DNA of 64,000 bases from Waddliaceae bacterium. Its GTDB lineage: Bacteria > Chlamydiota > Chlamydiia > Chlamydiales > SLFE01. The DNA is taken from assembly GCA_963783885.1 (NCBI GenBank), contig CAWAPJ010000017.1:1-64000 (forward strand), written 5' to 3'. The notes under the pieces are model-generated. The model was not told where the DNA came from, ran no database searches, and saw only the letters and a list, made by a program, of their open reading frames with translations. This document shows positions 1 to 10,536 of the stretch, piece by piece (position 1 is the first letter of the stretch; the number at the start of each line of letters is the position of its first letter). A program made the translations under genes and the position numbers.

Positions 1-272
1 TCAGGATCAGTGTTCCGGAAAAGAATGTTAGAAAGTTTAGAGAAGTTCTTTTGTATATCCTTTCGAAAGTGGGGGCCAAGCCGAACATCGGAGAAACAGT
101 CATCTATAAACTCCTCTACTTCATAGATTTTAACTATTATGAGAAATACGAAGAGCAGCTTATTGGAGCCACCTATATCAAAAATAACTATGGACCGACG
201 CCTATCGAATTCCAGGCAATTATTAAAGACATGATTGCGAAAGGAAAGCGTGAGCAAGTACAGCCCTTGTGA
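1..272 (+). pseudogene. Panacea/SocA (DUF4065) domain antitoxin; 5' end outside the window, 3' end apparently truncated
   Basis: The frame is open from the window edge (RISVPEKNVRKFREVLLYIL...KLLYFIDFNYYEKY...LIGATYIKNNYGPTP). KLLYFxD and YGPxP are DUF4065 motifs. It stops about 25 aa after GPTP, before the usual C-terminal half (SH...PW). Confidence 0.7.
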
Positions 273-300
273 GTCATCATAAGGAATCTCCTTCGTTTAC

Positions 301-603
301 GTGGGAGAGGATGTCAACAAAACACCTTTGATCCTCTATCATAAGCATGGCGTTGATAATCATGGCATCTTCCGGATCACGGGATTTCCTTTTGAAAAAC
401 CACTAATATACAAGGCAAAAAAGTTCGCTTGCCGATCATTGAAAGGAAAAGGAGTCCGATCGGGCATTCGTGTGATTTATGCCTATTTTGAAAAAGAAGA
501 TCGAATTGAACTGATTGAAATCTATTACAAAGATTCAGTTCAAAAATGTGAAGATAAGGAACAAATATTGTCTATTTATGTCGAGGTAGTCGCAGGAGGC
601 TAG
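301..603 (+). pseudogene. RelE/ParE-like type II toxin, N-terminally truncated
   Basis: IYKAKKFACRSLKGKGVRSGIRVIYAYFE...IELIEIYYK resembles the C-terminal part of RelE/HigB-like toxins. There is no convincing N-terminus or RBS. It follows the antitoxin fragment. Confidence 0.55.
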
Positions 604-703
604 GATGTAGCGGACGCCGCGGCTTATATCGAAGGGAAGCGAACCGGGGCGGACGTTACTCGCCCGACAATCCGGCAGATTTTGAAGAATTGATCAGTAT
701 TTC

Positions 704-1795
704 TCACGCAAGCTTATTTAGTCTTCGCTGAATGGTTTCTTTGAGCATTTCAGGGGAGCCGATAAAGGCGGTTTTGAAATCCCCGACGGTCTGCAGATTC
801 AAGTCCTCAAGATTGTGATTGACTTCCGTCATCAAAAGCTCCCGAAATTCCTGGCACTCTTTGTCGGAATGGGTTTTGGGGTCCAAATGAAGGTCGGCTT
901 GATCTTTGATACGGGGAAGCAGGCCGGCATTCCAATAATCTTCAAGATACCAAAGAGAGAGCTTGGCCAGGGCCTCGACAGCAGGTTCTGTATCCAAAAG
1001 GGCTTTGGGGTCCTCTTGTTTCCCAAAGACGGCGCAAAGATTGTCTTCAAGAATTTTGTAGAATCCTGTGGGACCTCCGGATTCTGTTCTTTGGATTCCA
1101 ATCATCAGTTTTTGGGTGCGGTGAATGGTTTCCAAAATTTGATTCATCCGGTCGATCAGATCGGGGCGGTTGGAGTTCCAGGCGATTCCAAGAGCCCGGT
1201 TCAATTTAATGATCTGCGGCTCGAAACTTTTTGAGATGTGGTCGATTTGGCCGAGCCAGTCATGCAGCGTTTCGTAATCGACTTCCGAAACCGGTGTTTT
1301 TTCGGCTTTTTCGCAAAGTTCCAAAACCTGCCCGGCTTTTACGTCCACTTCCTGGGAGATCTCATGGACGAAAACGGTTAAATGGTGCTGGATGGGCTCT
1401 TTGAGCGCTTCATGCTGGATCACTTCCAGCTCTTTCGGCGATGCCGAATCCAGTACTTTTAAGAAAACGCGGTGAGTGAGTCCGATCAAAAGAGAAGAAA
1501 TTTTCCACAGCTGGCTGTGGTCGAGCTTGACCGCTTCTTCAATCAGTTTGAGGGTATAGCGGGTATTCATGACTTTTCCGATGGCCGTCACCTGCTCTTT
1601 GGTTTGCAGGCCGAGAAAGAAAGCGCAGATCCTTTTTCCCATTTCGTCGGTTGATTCCGCTTCCAAACACCGGATGACATTCGCCGCCCGCTCGGGAGGG
1701 AGGGCGCCGGAGATGTGGGCGACCATATTCAGGTCCATTTTAGAAAAATGGCTGACTAATTCCTCATCGGTGAGAGTGCTGTAATCAATTGTCAT
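704..1795 (-). CDS. hypothetical protein (363 aa, helical)
   Basis: Long ATG ORF with normal composition; no motif recognised. Confidence 0.75.
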   Translation of the reverse strand: MTIDYSTLTDEELVSHFSKMDLNMVAHISGALPPERAANVIRCLEAESTDEMGKRICAFFLGLQTKEQVTAIGKVMNTRYTLKLIEEAVKLDHSQLWKISSLLIGLTHRVFLKVLDSASPKELEVIQHEALKEPIQHHLTVFVHEISQEVDVKAGQVLELCEKAEKTPVSEVDYETLHDWLGQIDHISKSFEPQIIKLNRALGIAWNSNRPDLIDRMNQILETIHRTQKLMIGIQRTESGGPTGFYKILEDNLCAVFGKQEDPKALLDTEPAVEALAKLSLWYLEDYWNAGLLPRIKDQADLHLDPKTHSDKECQEFRELLMTEVNHNLEDLNLQTVGDFKTAFIGSPEMLKETIQRRLNKLA

Positions 1796-1945
1796 AACTG
1801 CATTTTACTCGATCTGCACGAAAAAATCTTGCTCCGTTTTAATATATTTATATTCAGATAGATGAAAAAAGGAAGGTTCAAATCTTGCAAATTTTTTATT
1901 CGGAGACCCTACTATTTTAGGGCAGTCTTAGGTAAACTAAATTTT

Positions 1946-2953
1946 ATGAAAGTTGTCCAGATAGATCAATTCCACAGAAATGCTCAAGAAGCTGTTAAAA
2001 GCCTTCGCATTGTCGAAAAGCCAACGCCAAAACCAAAGCCTGGCGAGGTGCTTGTAAAGATAGAGGCAGCTCCATGCAACCCTGCCGACCTCCTCTTTCT
2101 CCAAGGCAAGTATGGAGTGAAAAAAGAATTGCCCGCAGTTCCCGGTTGGGAAGGAGCCGGCACAGTTGTTAAGAGCGGCGGGGGAATTTTAGGATGGTCG
2201 CTCAAAGGAAAAAAAGTCGCTTGCGGGGGGCAGAGCAGTGGAGACGGGACATGGGCCGAATATTATATTGCTAATGCCAAGGCGTGCATTCCCTTGAATA
2301 AAAACATTCCCATTCAGCAGGGAGCGACGCTTATTATCAATCCCTTAACAGCAGTCGGATTAGTGGAAAAAGCCAAAAAAGAAGGGCATTCGGCTATCAT
2401 TCAGACAGCGGCCTTAAGCCAGGTTGGAAGGATGGTGCAGGTGTTGGCTAAGCAAAAAGGAATTCCAGTCATCAATATCGTCAGAAGAAAAGAGCAGATG
2501 GAAGAGCTGCGAAATTCAAAAGAGGAGTGGGCGCTCAACTCTGAGGAAGATGAGTTTATAGAAAAGCTGAAAGATCTTGCCGGGACCTTGAAGGCGACAA
2601 TTGCTTTTGATGCTGTTGCCGGAGAAATGACCGGAAAAATTTTAGGCGTTATGCCATCTCATTCAAAAGCGGTCGTCTACGGTGCTTTATCTGAACAGTC
2701 CTGTCGTGAGATCACCCCTTTGAGTTTGATTTTTGAACAAAAAAGTGTTGAAGGGTTCTGGCTTTCTCAATGGATAAAAGAAAGGCGGTTCTGGCAGATT
2801 TATCAAACAACCCGCTTTTTACAAGAGCTGATCGAAAGCGGCGTTTTCAAAACGAAAATCAGAGATTCTGCAGGCTTTGAAGATTGGAAGGAAGCACTAT
2901 TAAACTATCAGCAAAAAATGACTTTGGGCAAAGTCATGCTCAATCCTTTTTAA
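1946..2953 (+). CDS. zinc-independent medium-chain dehydrogenase/reductase (quinone oxidoreductase / enoyl reductase-like)
   Basis: PKPGEVLVKIEAAPCNPAD, PGWEGAGTV, GTWAEY, NPLTA, DAVAG, GKVML. Start moved from 1862 to ATG 1946. Confidence 0.85.
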   Translation: MKVVQIDQFHRNAQEAVKSLRIVEKPTPKPKPGEVLVKIEAAPCNPADLLFLQGKYGVKKELPAVPGWEGAGTVVKSGGGILGWSLKGKKVACGGQSSGDGTWAEYYIANAKACIPLNKNIPIQQGATLIINPLTAVGLVEKAKKEGHSAIIQTAALSQVGRMVQVLAKQKGIPVINIVRRKEQMEELRNSKEEWALNSEEDEFIEKLKDLAGTLKATIAFDAVAGEMTGKILGVMPSHSKAVVYGALSEQSCREITPLSLIFEQKSVEGFWLSQWIKERRFWQIYQTTRFLQELIESGVFKTKIRDSAGFEDWKEALLNYQQKMTLGKVMLNPF

Positions 2954-5741
2954 TGGATAGTGCAATCATTTCCGCCAAATGACGGGCATTTATACCTGTG
3001 CCGTGCAAAATTTGCGCGCGGCATGAGGTGCCGCTGGCGATGACAAAGGTGTTCTTTTTTGATTCTTTGACAGCTTGAAACAGTTTGAGTCTGCCGATTT
3101 TCATAGAAAGTTCGTAATGTTCTTTCTCATAGCCGAAGGAGCCGGCCATGCCGCAGCACCCGGAGGGGATTTCGCTGACAACAGCGCCGGGGATGGCCGA
3201 GAGGACATTGATGGCAGAACCTGTGCCTTCCAAAGCTTTTTGATGGCAATGGCCGTGCAGCTTTATTGTGCAGGGCATCTTCTTGAAAGGAATCTCGGCG
3301 ATTCTCTTTTCAAGAAAACGGTCGAAACCCGTGCAGCCTTCAGATAATTTCTTTGCTTTATCCGAGGGAACTAAGGCCATAAGTTCATCTAAAAATACCG
3401 AGCGGCAGCTCGGTTCCAAAATGATTATGGGAACTCCCTGGTCAGCATAGGGAAGAAGCGTCCGAATGAGTTTTTCAGCTTTTTTCTTAGCCTTTTGGAG
3501 CATTCCTTTAGATATCAGGGGGCGGCCGCAACAGCTCCATTCAGGAAGTTCGACACGATATCCCATCGCATTGAGAACTTTAACGGCGGCGATACCGACT
3601 TCCGGATGATTGAATTCGGTAAAAGTGTCGTTGAACAAGGCGACCTGCCGCTCGCAATTTTCCGGTTGGTTGTAGGAGGCGAACCAATCGGAAAATTTTT
3701 GCGGGGCAATTCCGGGCAAGGTTCTCTCACCAGCAATGCCTCCGAGCCATTTAATGAATTTGAGTCTCGATAAAAAGTTGATGAGCCTGGGAATTTTCGC
3801 GCTGAATCGACTCATTTCGCCGATATGGGCAAAAAGGATGCTGCGCAACCGATAGCCTTTTCGTTTATGATGATGGTAGAGGGCTTCCGATTTCATTTTG
3901 GCCATGTCGACCCCGGAAGGGCATTCTTTTTTACATCCTTTGCACTCGAGACAAAGATCCAGCACTTTGTGGACATCTTCATTGGCAAGGGATTTGGGTT
4001 TCAGCCTGCCGTGAATGATTGAGCGGAGCACCTGAGCTCTTGCCCTTGTCGAGTCGTATTCATCGAGGGTCGCTTGAAACGACGGGCACATAAGACCCTC
4101 TTTCTTTCGGCACAGTCCATTGCCATTGCACATATCCACGGCAAGTTCGAATCCTCCTTCCGGGTTAAAGTCTAAAGCCGTTTTAAAGTGGGACAGTTTT
4201 GTCTTAGGATTAGAGCGGAGATCGTGTATCGGGTCTTGGCCATGAACAACCTTGCCCGGATTCATCAGATTGTGGGGATCAAAGGCGGATTTGACTCGGC
4301 AAAAAGCGTCATAGAGTTGAGCAGTGAACATTTTTTTATTGAGCCATGAGCGGACATAGCCATCCCCATGTTCGCCGCTCATGACTCCGCCGTGCTTCAA
4401 TACTAAAGAGGAGACCTCTTCCATCATTTCCTTCATGAGCTGAAGGTCCTCTTCTTTCATCAGATTGATATAGGGACGTATGTGAAGGCAGCTCTCGCCG
4501 ATATGCCCATAAATTCCCGCAGTTCGTCCGGTTTTTTCCAGAATTTTGAGAAATTCCTCCATAAAAGGCAGAACGCGGTCCGAAGGGACGGCCAAATCTT
4601 CGATAAAGGCGATAGCCCTCTGATAAGATCTTTTGGAGAGGAGAAGTTCAAGGCCAGCTTTTCGAACTGCCCAAATATCCGAGGCGAGATTTTCATCTAG
4701 GATAGTTGCGGAGAAATTTTGTTTCAGAATGTTGATTTTATCTTCGGGTTCTCCGAAAAATTCGACGACGATGACTGCTGCGGGATCGTCTTTCAGCCAC
4801 GACAGGCGGTCTTTCATTGTCCATGAGTTTTTTCCCCTTTCGATAATGTCTTTGTCGATCAACTCGATTGCAGAAGGTTTGAGATCGAGCAAAGGACCCA
4901 CGGCTCTTATGCTGTCTAAGAGATCGGAGAAGTGAATGACAGCCAAAGTTTTTGTTTTTTGCTTCGGGACGATTTTCACTTTGATTTTGGTAGCGATTCC
5001 CAAGCTTCCCTCGGAACCCGCAAGCAGGCAGCAGACATTGATCCGGTCATCTTGTACCAAAGCATTGAGATTATAGCCCGAAGATCGCCGTCTGATCTTG
5101 GGAAACTCTCCGATGATGGCTTCTTTGTATTCTTCCCGTATCTCCCATAACTCTTTGTAGATTCTTCCTTTAGAGCTTTGCTTTTGCCGGCTGTCTTGCC
5201 ACTTTTCCAGGCTGATTTCCCGAAATGTGGCCAATTCTCCGCAGCTGAGAGCCGTTTCCACCTCCAGAATATGGTCTTCCATTTGTCCGTAGACAAGGGA
5301 ATGGGAGCCTGCGGCATTGTTGGCGAGCATCCCTCCGATGGTCGCCCGGTTTCCTGTCGATGTATTGGGACCTAGCTGATATCCGAGAGGCTCAAGAGCG
5401 GAATTCAAGTCATCCTGAATAACTCCCGGGTGGCAAATCGCATATCCCTTGTCGCAATTGATTTCGAGGATTTTGTTGAGATACTTTGTTGTGTCGATAA
5501 TGAGTCCCCGGCCGAGGCAGCCGCCGTTTGTTCCCGTTGCCGCTCCGCGGGCAATGATTGGAACGCGATAGTGCGCCGCTATTTTGACCGCCCTTCTAAC
5601 ATCCTCTCTTGTCTTGGGAATCACAACACCAACAGGCATGACTTCATAGATGGAGGCATCCACGCTGTAGATATGCCGGCTCGCCTCATCGAAACGGACT
5701 TCTCCTTCAATCGCGCGGATCAAATCATTTTTGAAAGTCAT
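2940..5741 (-). CDS. FAD-linked/4Fe-4S oxidoreductase (GlcD-GlpC fusion, YdiJ-like 2-hydroxyacid dehydrogenase)
   Basis: ARGAATG, ATIGGMLANNAAG, GSEGSLG, SGEHGDG, FDPHNLMNPGK, CNGNGLC, CLECKGCKKECP and two CCG domains. Confidence 0.88.
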   Translation of the reverse strand: MTFKNDLIRAIEGEVRFDEASRHIYSVDASIYEVMPVGVVIPKTREDVRRAVKIAAHYRVPIIARGAATGTNGGCLGRGLIIDTTKYLNKILEINCDKGYAICHPGVIQDDLNSALEPLGYQLGPNTSTGNRATIGGMLANNAAGSHSLVYGQMEDHILEVETALSCGELATFREISLEKWQDSRQKQSSKGRIYKELWEIREEYKEAIIGEFPKIRRRSSGYNLNALVQDDRINVCCLLAGSEGSLGIATKIKVKIVPKQKTKTLAVIHFSDLLDSIRAVGPLLDLKPSAIELIDKDIIERGKNSWTMKDRLSWLKDDPAAVIVVEFFGEPEDKINILKQNFSATILDENLASDIWAVRKAGLELLLSKRSYQRAIAFIEDLAVPSDRVLPFMEEFLKILEKTGRTAGIYGHIGESCLHIRPYINLMKEEDLQLMKEMMEEVSSLVLKHGGVMSGEHGDGYVRSWLNKKMFTAQLYDAFCRVKSAFDPHNLMNPGKVVHGQDPIHDLRSNPKTKLSHFKTALDFNPEGGFELAVDMCNGNGLCRKKEGLMCPSFQATLDEYDSTRARAQVLRSIIHGRLKPKSLANEDVHKVLDLCLECKGCKKECPSGVDMAKMKSEALYHHHKRKGYRLRSILFAHIGEMSRFSAKIPRLINFLSRLKFIKWLGGIAGERTLPGIAPQKFSDWFASYNQPENCERQVALFNDTFTEFNHPEVGIAAVKVLNAMGYRVELPEWSCCGRPLISKGMLQKAKKKAEKLIRTLLPYADQGVPIIILEPSCRSVFLDELMALVPSDKAKKLSEGCTGFDRFLEKRIAEIPFKKMPCTIKLHGHCHQKALEGTGSAINVLSAIPGAVVSEIPSGCCGMAGSFGYEKEHYELSMKIGRLKLFQAVKESKKNTFVIASGTSCRAQILHGTGINARHLAEMIALSIKKD

Positions 5742-7035
5742 ATATTGTTCCCAACTTTAGCAGGCGTGATAGTTCGTCCAGAGCATCGCGACACTCTTTT
5801 AGCAAGTCAGGATCGGCAAGGTCAGCAGGTTGTAAATGGTCGCGATAATGGCGATTGATCCAGTCTTTCAGGTTTTGATAAAGCGCATCGCTAAGGAAAA
5901 CATTCGGAAGAATCGCATTGATTTCTTTTTGCGTCAAAATAAAACGGGATCTCAGACAGGCAGGTCCGCCGCCATTTTGCATGCTCTCTTTCAAATCGAC
6001 AAAAACGATTTTCTTGTCCGGCAAAAAAGGCTCAATGACTCCTCGGCTCTCTTCGGCAGCGATCACGACGGTAGCGCCGTCTTCTTTTGTAACGATTTGG
6101 GAATTAAACAGGTAAATGCGCACTGCCTCTTCCAGAGACAAGTCTTTTTCCTTAATTTCTATTGTTTGCAACTGCCATCCAAGTGATTTTTCGATCTTCT
6201 CTTTGAGCTTGCCAATAACCGATTCGGTATCGGCAAAAGCCTTTTCATGATAAAAGAACAGATCTTTATGGCCGGTTGAGATGACATCATTGTGAAAGAC
6301 TCCCTTGTCGATCGCTTCAGGCGACTGGCAGGCAAATAGCGTCAAATCGGGGCTTAAGCGATGGAGTCTTGAGACGGCTTCCGAGGCTTCCAGAGTTTGC
6401 CTGGCCGGAAATTTTTTTGGGCCCCCTTTATCTTGAATCAGCGCGCTTTTGCAATAGACAAAACAATGAACCCCCTTTTCCTGAAAGTTTCGACAAAACC
6501 GCATATGGTTTGCCGACCCGTCATCAAAGAAAGGATAACTGGGGTGAAGAGGGGAGTGAATAACAAACAAATTTCTGTCGGCAAAAATTTTTCTGACAAG
6601 TTTTTCCGTCATGCCGGCTTCCAGGGAGCGATGGAAGTTGCTGATCAAATTCGCCGGGGTGATGTGCACTTTGCCATCGGCAGTATCTGTCGAAGGGGCC
6701 ATTGCGACTGAATTAGCCGCCCACATCGAGGAAGCCGAACTGCAAGCGGCAAGGAGAGGTCTTTCGACCCGAGCTAATATTTCAGCATCTGTTCCGGAAT
6801 ATCCCAGGTTTTTCAGCGTGAGAATATGGGGCCTTTCATGTGGAGGAAAAATCCCTTGTTTGATACCCAAACGGCTAAGCAAATGCATTTTATCCAAAAC
6901 CTGAAGCGCCGCTTTTTTGGGATTGGAGACCTGGTCTTTGTGTTTTAAGGAAGCTACATTGCCAAAAGAGAGTCCTGAAAAGGTATGCGTCGGTCCGACG
7001 AGGCCGTCAAAGTTGACTTCAAAGACTTGGTCCAT
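5725..7035 (-). CDS. astB: N-succinylarginine dihydrolase
   Basis: EVNFDGLVGPTH, SASSMWAAN, ANHMR, GVFHNDVI, YLFNSQ, ESMQNGGGPACLR. Confidence 0.93.
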   Translation of the reverse strand: MDQVFEVNFDGLVGPTHTFSGLSFGNVASLKHKDQVSNPKKAALQVLDKMHLLSRLGIKQGIFPPHERPHILTLKNLGYSGTDAEILARVERPLLAACSSASSMWAANSVAMAPSTDTADGKVHITPANLISNFHRSLEAGMTEKLVRKIFADRNLFVIHSPLHPSYPFFDDGSANHMRFCRNFQEKGVHCFVYCKSALIQDKGGPKKFPARQTLEASEAVSRLHRLSPDLTLFACQSPEAIDKGVFHNDVISTGHKDLFFYHEKAFADTESVIGKLKEKIEKSLGWQLQTIEIKEKDLSLEEAVRIYLFNSQIVTKEDGATVVIAAEESRGVIEPFLPDKKIVFVDLKESMQNGGGPACLRSRFILTQKEINAILPNVFLSDALYQNLKDWINRHYRDHLQPADLADPDLLKECRDALDELSRLLKLGTIYDFQK

Positions 7036-7067
7036 ATCGGTAAATTACCACGAAATCCGAAGAAGAA

Positions 7068-8540
7068 TCAATACTCAAGTCCCGGCAACTTTGATTCGGG
7101 AAGCACCACTTTATCTGATTCTATTGAAGCGACCGGATAGGCGCAGTAATCGGCAGCGTAGTAGGCGCTGGGCCGGTGGTTGCCGCTGATGCCGACGCCT
7201 CCAAAGGGAGCGGCGCTGCTGGCGCCAGTCGTGGGACGGTTCCAGTTGACAACTCCGGCTCTTACGCGCTGGAAAAACTTGCCCCAATCCTCTTTGCGGT
7301 CGCTGAGAAGTCCCGCAGCTAGTCCGTATCTAGTGTTGCCGGCGATCTTCACGGCTTCGTCGAAATGAGAGGCGCGGATAAGTTGCAAAAGGGGCGCGAA
7401 CGTTTCTTCGTCGGGAAGGTTTTCAACGTCTGTGACGTCGATCAGCCCGGGTGTGACCCTGCCGGTGTTTTCTTCAAGATGCTTAAGTTTTATGATAGGC
7501 TTGCCTCCGTTTAGCTCCAAAGACCCCTGTTTCATCACGGCTTTCACCGCCGCCGGCTGCGAGATGACAGGTCCCATGAAAGGCGGCGGCGATTCACTGA
7601 AGTAACCCACTTTGATTTTTTTTATCATCCGGGCGAGGGTGTCGATAAATTTTTCACCCTGCTTGTCGTTGATGACAATCAGCCTTCTGGCAGAGGTGCA
7701 CCTTTGTCCCGAAGTCAGGAAGGCCGATTGAATAACCGTGCAGGCAGCCGCCTTCAGGTCTTCCACATGGGAGACGACAAGGGGATTGTTGCCGCCCATC
7801 TCTAGAGCGAGAATTTTTTCCGGATGTTTGGAAAAGTGATCGAGAAGTTTTTGCCCTGTCGGATAGCTGCCGGTAAAAAACAGCCCGTCGATTTCCTCAT
7901 GTTGAGAGAGCGCTTTGCCGATATCGGGGCCTCCTTGCAGCAAATTGATAACACCGGGGGGCAGGCCGGCCCTTTCCCAGCATTTAACCGTTAGCTCGGC
8001 GACGAGGGGGGTATGTTCGCTGGCTTTGAATATGATGGTATTGCCGGCAAGCAAGGCCGGGACGATATGGCCGTTTGGCAGATGCCCCGGAAAGTTGAAG
8101 GGGCCAAGAACAGCCAAGACTCCATGTGGGCGGTGCCTTGTCCGATAGGTTAAGTTTTTTTGCTCTTTGGATGTTTCCGGACACCTCTCCTCATAGGCTT
8201 GAATGGATATATCGACTTTGCCCATCATTGCCTGGACTTCGGTCTTTGATTCCCATAGGGGTTTTCCTGTTTCTTGCGAAATCGCCTCGGCGAGAAGGCC
8301 GGACTCTTCATGAAGGATTTTCTTGAAAGCTTTGACCAGCTCTACTCTTTCATCAAAAGGGGTTTCAGACCATCTGAGGAAAGCTGTTTTAGCGGCCCTT
8401 ACAGCCCTTGCCACATCGGAAAAGGAGGCAGCAGGGGCTTTCCAGATAAGCTGCCCGTTATAGGGGTTGACCGAAGTTCTTTCTTTTCCGTAGCCTGAGA
8501 TCCACTCGCCGTGGATATAGAGACCTTTATGCGTTGCCAT
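7068..8540 (-). CDS. astD: succinylglutamate-semialdehyde dehydrogenase
   Basis: GPFNFPGHLPNGHIVPALLAGN, FTGS, LALEMGGNNP, SGQRCT, SGNHRPSAYYAADYCAYP. Start reassigned to ATG 8540 (MATHKGLYI). Confidence 0.92.
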   Translation of the reverse strand: MATHKGLYIHGEWISGYGKERTSVNPYNGQLIWKAPAASFSDVARAVRAAKTAFLRWSETPFDERVELVKAFKKILHEESGLLAEAISQETGKPLWESKTEVQAMMGKVDISIQAYEERCPETSKEQKNLTYRTRHRPHGVLAVLGPFNFPGHLPNGHIVPALLAGNTIIFKASEHTPLVAELTVKCWERAGLPPGVINLLQGGPDIGKALSQHEEIDGLFFTGSYPTGQKLLDHFSKHPEKILALEMGGNNPLVVSHVEDLKAAACTVIQSAFLTSGQRCTSARRLIVINDKQGEKFIDTLARMIKKIKVGYFSESPPPFMGPVISQPAAVKAVMKQGSLELNGGKPIIKLKHLEENTGRVTPGLIDVTDVENLPDEETFAPLLQLIRASHFDEAVKIAGNTRYGLAAGLLSDRKEDWGKFFQRVRAGVVNWNRPTTGASSAAPFGGVGISGNHRPSAYYAADYCAYPVASIESDKVVLPESKLPGLEY

Positions 8541-8545
8541 AGAGT

Positions 8546-9457
8546 TTAAGCCCTCGGATGTGTTTTGTCGTACACCTCTTTCTTCAATTTCGACGACACT
8601 CTGGTGTAGATCGTTGTCGTCGACAGCGCGCTGTGCCCAAGCAGGATTTGAATCGTCTTTAAATCCATGCCGTTTTCCAGCCAATGGGTCGCAATCGTGT
8701 GCCGGATCGTGTGGGGCGTTGCCTTACCCGCAAGTCCGCTCATTGTCATGTATTTGTCGAACTTCCGATCCACCGATCGCGCGGTCAGGCGCTTTCCCAG
8801 CCGGTTGAGGAATATCGCCTTGGGATTCAGCTCCCTCTTATGGCCGTCGATATCGCGATGCCGTTCGGGATGGGAAAGGTATTTCTCAATCCAACCGCAC
8901 GCATTTTTGGTGATGGGAACAATCCTCTCCTTTTTCCCTTTTCCTTGAATCCTTATCAGAAGATTATCCGGATCGAAGTCTTCTCTGTCAAGCGAGACCA
9001 GTTCGCTGACCCTAAGGCCCGAGCTGTAAAACAACTCCAGAATCACCCTGTCGCGAAATCCGAGATAGGTCTCTGTATCCGGCTGATTGAAAAGATGAAG
9101 GACCTGGTCGTAGCTGAGGGGCGAGGGGATTTTTTTTTCGAGCTTCGGGTTTTCCAGGTCTTCGGCCGGATTGAAAGGAATCAGTTTTTGACTGCAGGCA
9201 AATTTAAAGAAGCTGCGGAGTGTCGCCAGCCTGCGGACGATGGTTCGGCGAGAGGCATTTCGGCTGGTCAGCTCGAAAAGGTATTGCCTGACCACCCGTG
9301 TATTGATCGATTCTAAGGGGATTTCCTTTTCAGCGTTTGGGGCGAGAAAGTGGCTGAAGTCTTTGAGATCTATGGCATAATTTCTTTGCGTATGTAAAGA
9401 GCCGTTTTTCACAACGCGAAGGTGCTCCAGGAATTTTTGGACAGCTTGATGAAACAT
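8546..9457 (-). CDS. xerC: tyrosine recombinase XerC
   Basis: RDRVILELFYSSGLRVSEL, GKGKKERIVP, TPHTIRHTIATH, LLGH...TTTIYT (R-H-R-Y catalytic residues). Confidence 0.9.
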   Translation of the reverse strand: MFHQAVQKFLEHLRVVKNGSLHTQRNYAIDLKDFSHFLAPNAEKEIPLESINTRVVRQYLFELTSRNASRRTIVRRLATLRSFFKFACSQKLIPFNPAEDLENPKLEKKIPSPLSYDQVLHLFNQPDTETYLGFRDRVILELFYSSGLRVSELVSLDREDFDPDNLLIRIQGKGKKERIVPITKNACGWIEKYLSHPERHRDIDGHKRELNPKAIFLNRLGKRLTARSVDRKFDKYMTMSGLAGKATPHTIRHTIATHWLENGMDLKTIQILLGHSALSTTTIYTRVSSKLKKEVYDKTHPRA

Positions 9458-9562
9458 ACTGCCCTAACTCTAAGAAATTGGAGCGAAAAGAGCAAAAAGA
9501 TTTTAGCCAGGGTTTCTCACATCATCTATTCAATGATTGTTACGCCATTGATGGTGACTGTA

Positions 9563-9766
9563 TCATTGAATAAACGGGATGTGTCCGGGATTTTCACTTA
9601 GGAAGTATTTCGAGATGATACTCTGGAGTTTCTCGTTAGGGGGATTGGTCTTCACAGCCGCGGTATTTTTGGCAGCTTTACAGGCCGAGCTTTCTCCTTC
9701 TTTTGACACGGTTTGATTAGCTAAGATTCTCTCCATCAGAATATTAACTTCGTGATTGTTATCCAT
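9563..9766 (-). CDS. small hypothetical protein (67 aa)
   Basis: ATG with an AGGAGG RBS about 10 nt upstream; fills an otherwise empty interval. Confidence 0.6.
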   Translation of the reverse strand: MDNNHEVNILMERILANQTVSKEGESSACKAAKNTAAVKTNPPNEKLQSIISKYFLSENPGHIPFIQ

Positions 9767-10039
9767 CTAGAAGTGGCCTCCTGCTTTATTTGAGGCTATC
9801 TTCTTGAGTTCTTTTGTTTGCCAGGCTAGCACAGGTGTTAAGTTTTCAGCAGGTCAGTTTTGAAAAAGTCAATATGAAAATCAACTTCTCTAACAAAAAT
9901 TAATCATTCTTTTTTAAAATCTTAACAATTCTTTTTTAAAATGAGCCCCAATGGATAGGGAAGGTCCAATATTTAAGGTAAATTAAAATTTTATTGTGAA
10001 CTAATGAAGGCTCGTTTATTGATGGGGGTTTAGAAGAAG

Positions 10040-10525
10040 ATGAAAATCGAGATTGCTCTTTGGTTTTTTTTGAGTCTTGGCGTAGCTTTTGGCATTTCGG
10101 GATGCAAATCAAAACAAGAGCTATTGGAACGCCCGGGATTCGAACAGAGGGTGGGAAAAACAATTTTTAGGGGCTTAAAAAACCCAACACACGTTACTTA
10201 TTTTGCTCTAAACCCAAAACCCGAAGCACACTCAGGATATGTCATTGATTCCGGAGAGAAAGAGCTGCCCGAAGATTTGCGGTGGCTTTTGCAGGAAACT
10301 TTGACCGATGACCAGACATATTTGTTCAGAAAAACAAAAATGTGTCGGTTTGTCCCTGAAATGGGTTTTCGATTTAAAGGTGAAAATGAAGTTATCGTTT
10401 TAGTCTGCTATGCCTGCAGGCAGGTAAAGTTTATCTCTGGAGGCAAGGAGATTGTTTTGGACGATGATCCTAAACACGAAGTATTTGAAACCAATTTTCA
10501 GGAGCTGCTCACACATCTCGACTAG
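10040..10525 (+). CDS. putative lipoprotein
   Basis: Hydrophobic leader ending in ISG-C (lipobox-like); later KMCRFVP and CYAC. Confidence 0.65.
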   Translation: MKIEIALWFFLSLGVAFGISGCKSKQELLERPGFEQRVGKTIFRGLKNPTHVTYFALNPKPEAHSGYVIDSGEKELPEDLRWLLQETLTDDQTYLFRKTKMCRFVPEMGFRFKGENEVIVLVCYACRQVKFISGGKEIVLDDDPKHEVFETNFQELLTHLD

Positions 10526-10536
10526 GATGTTTAGAG

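Noticed and set aside
8546-9457. Tyrosine recombinase as a prophage or island integrase
   Set aside because: Its size and motifs fit housekeeping XerC; no att repeats or phage genes were seen.
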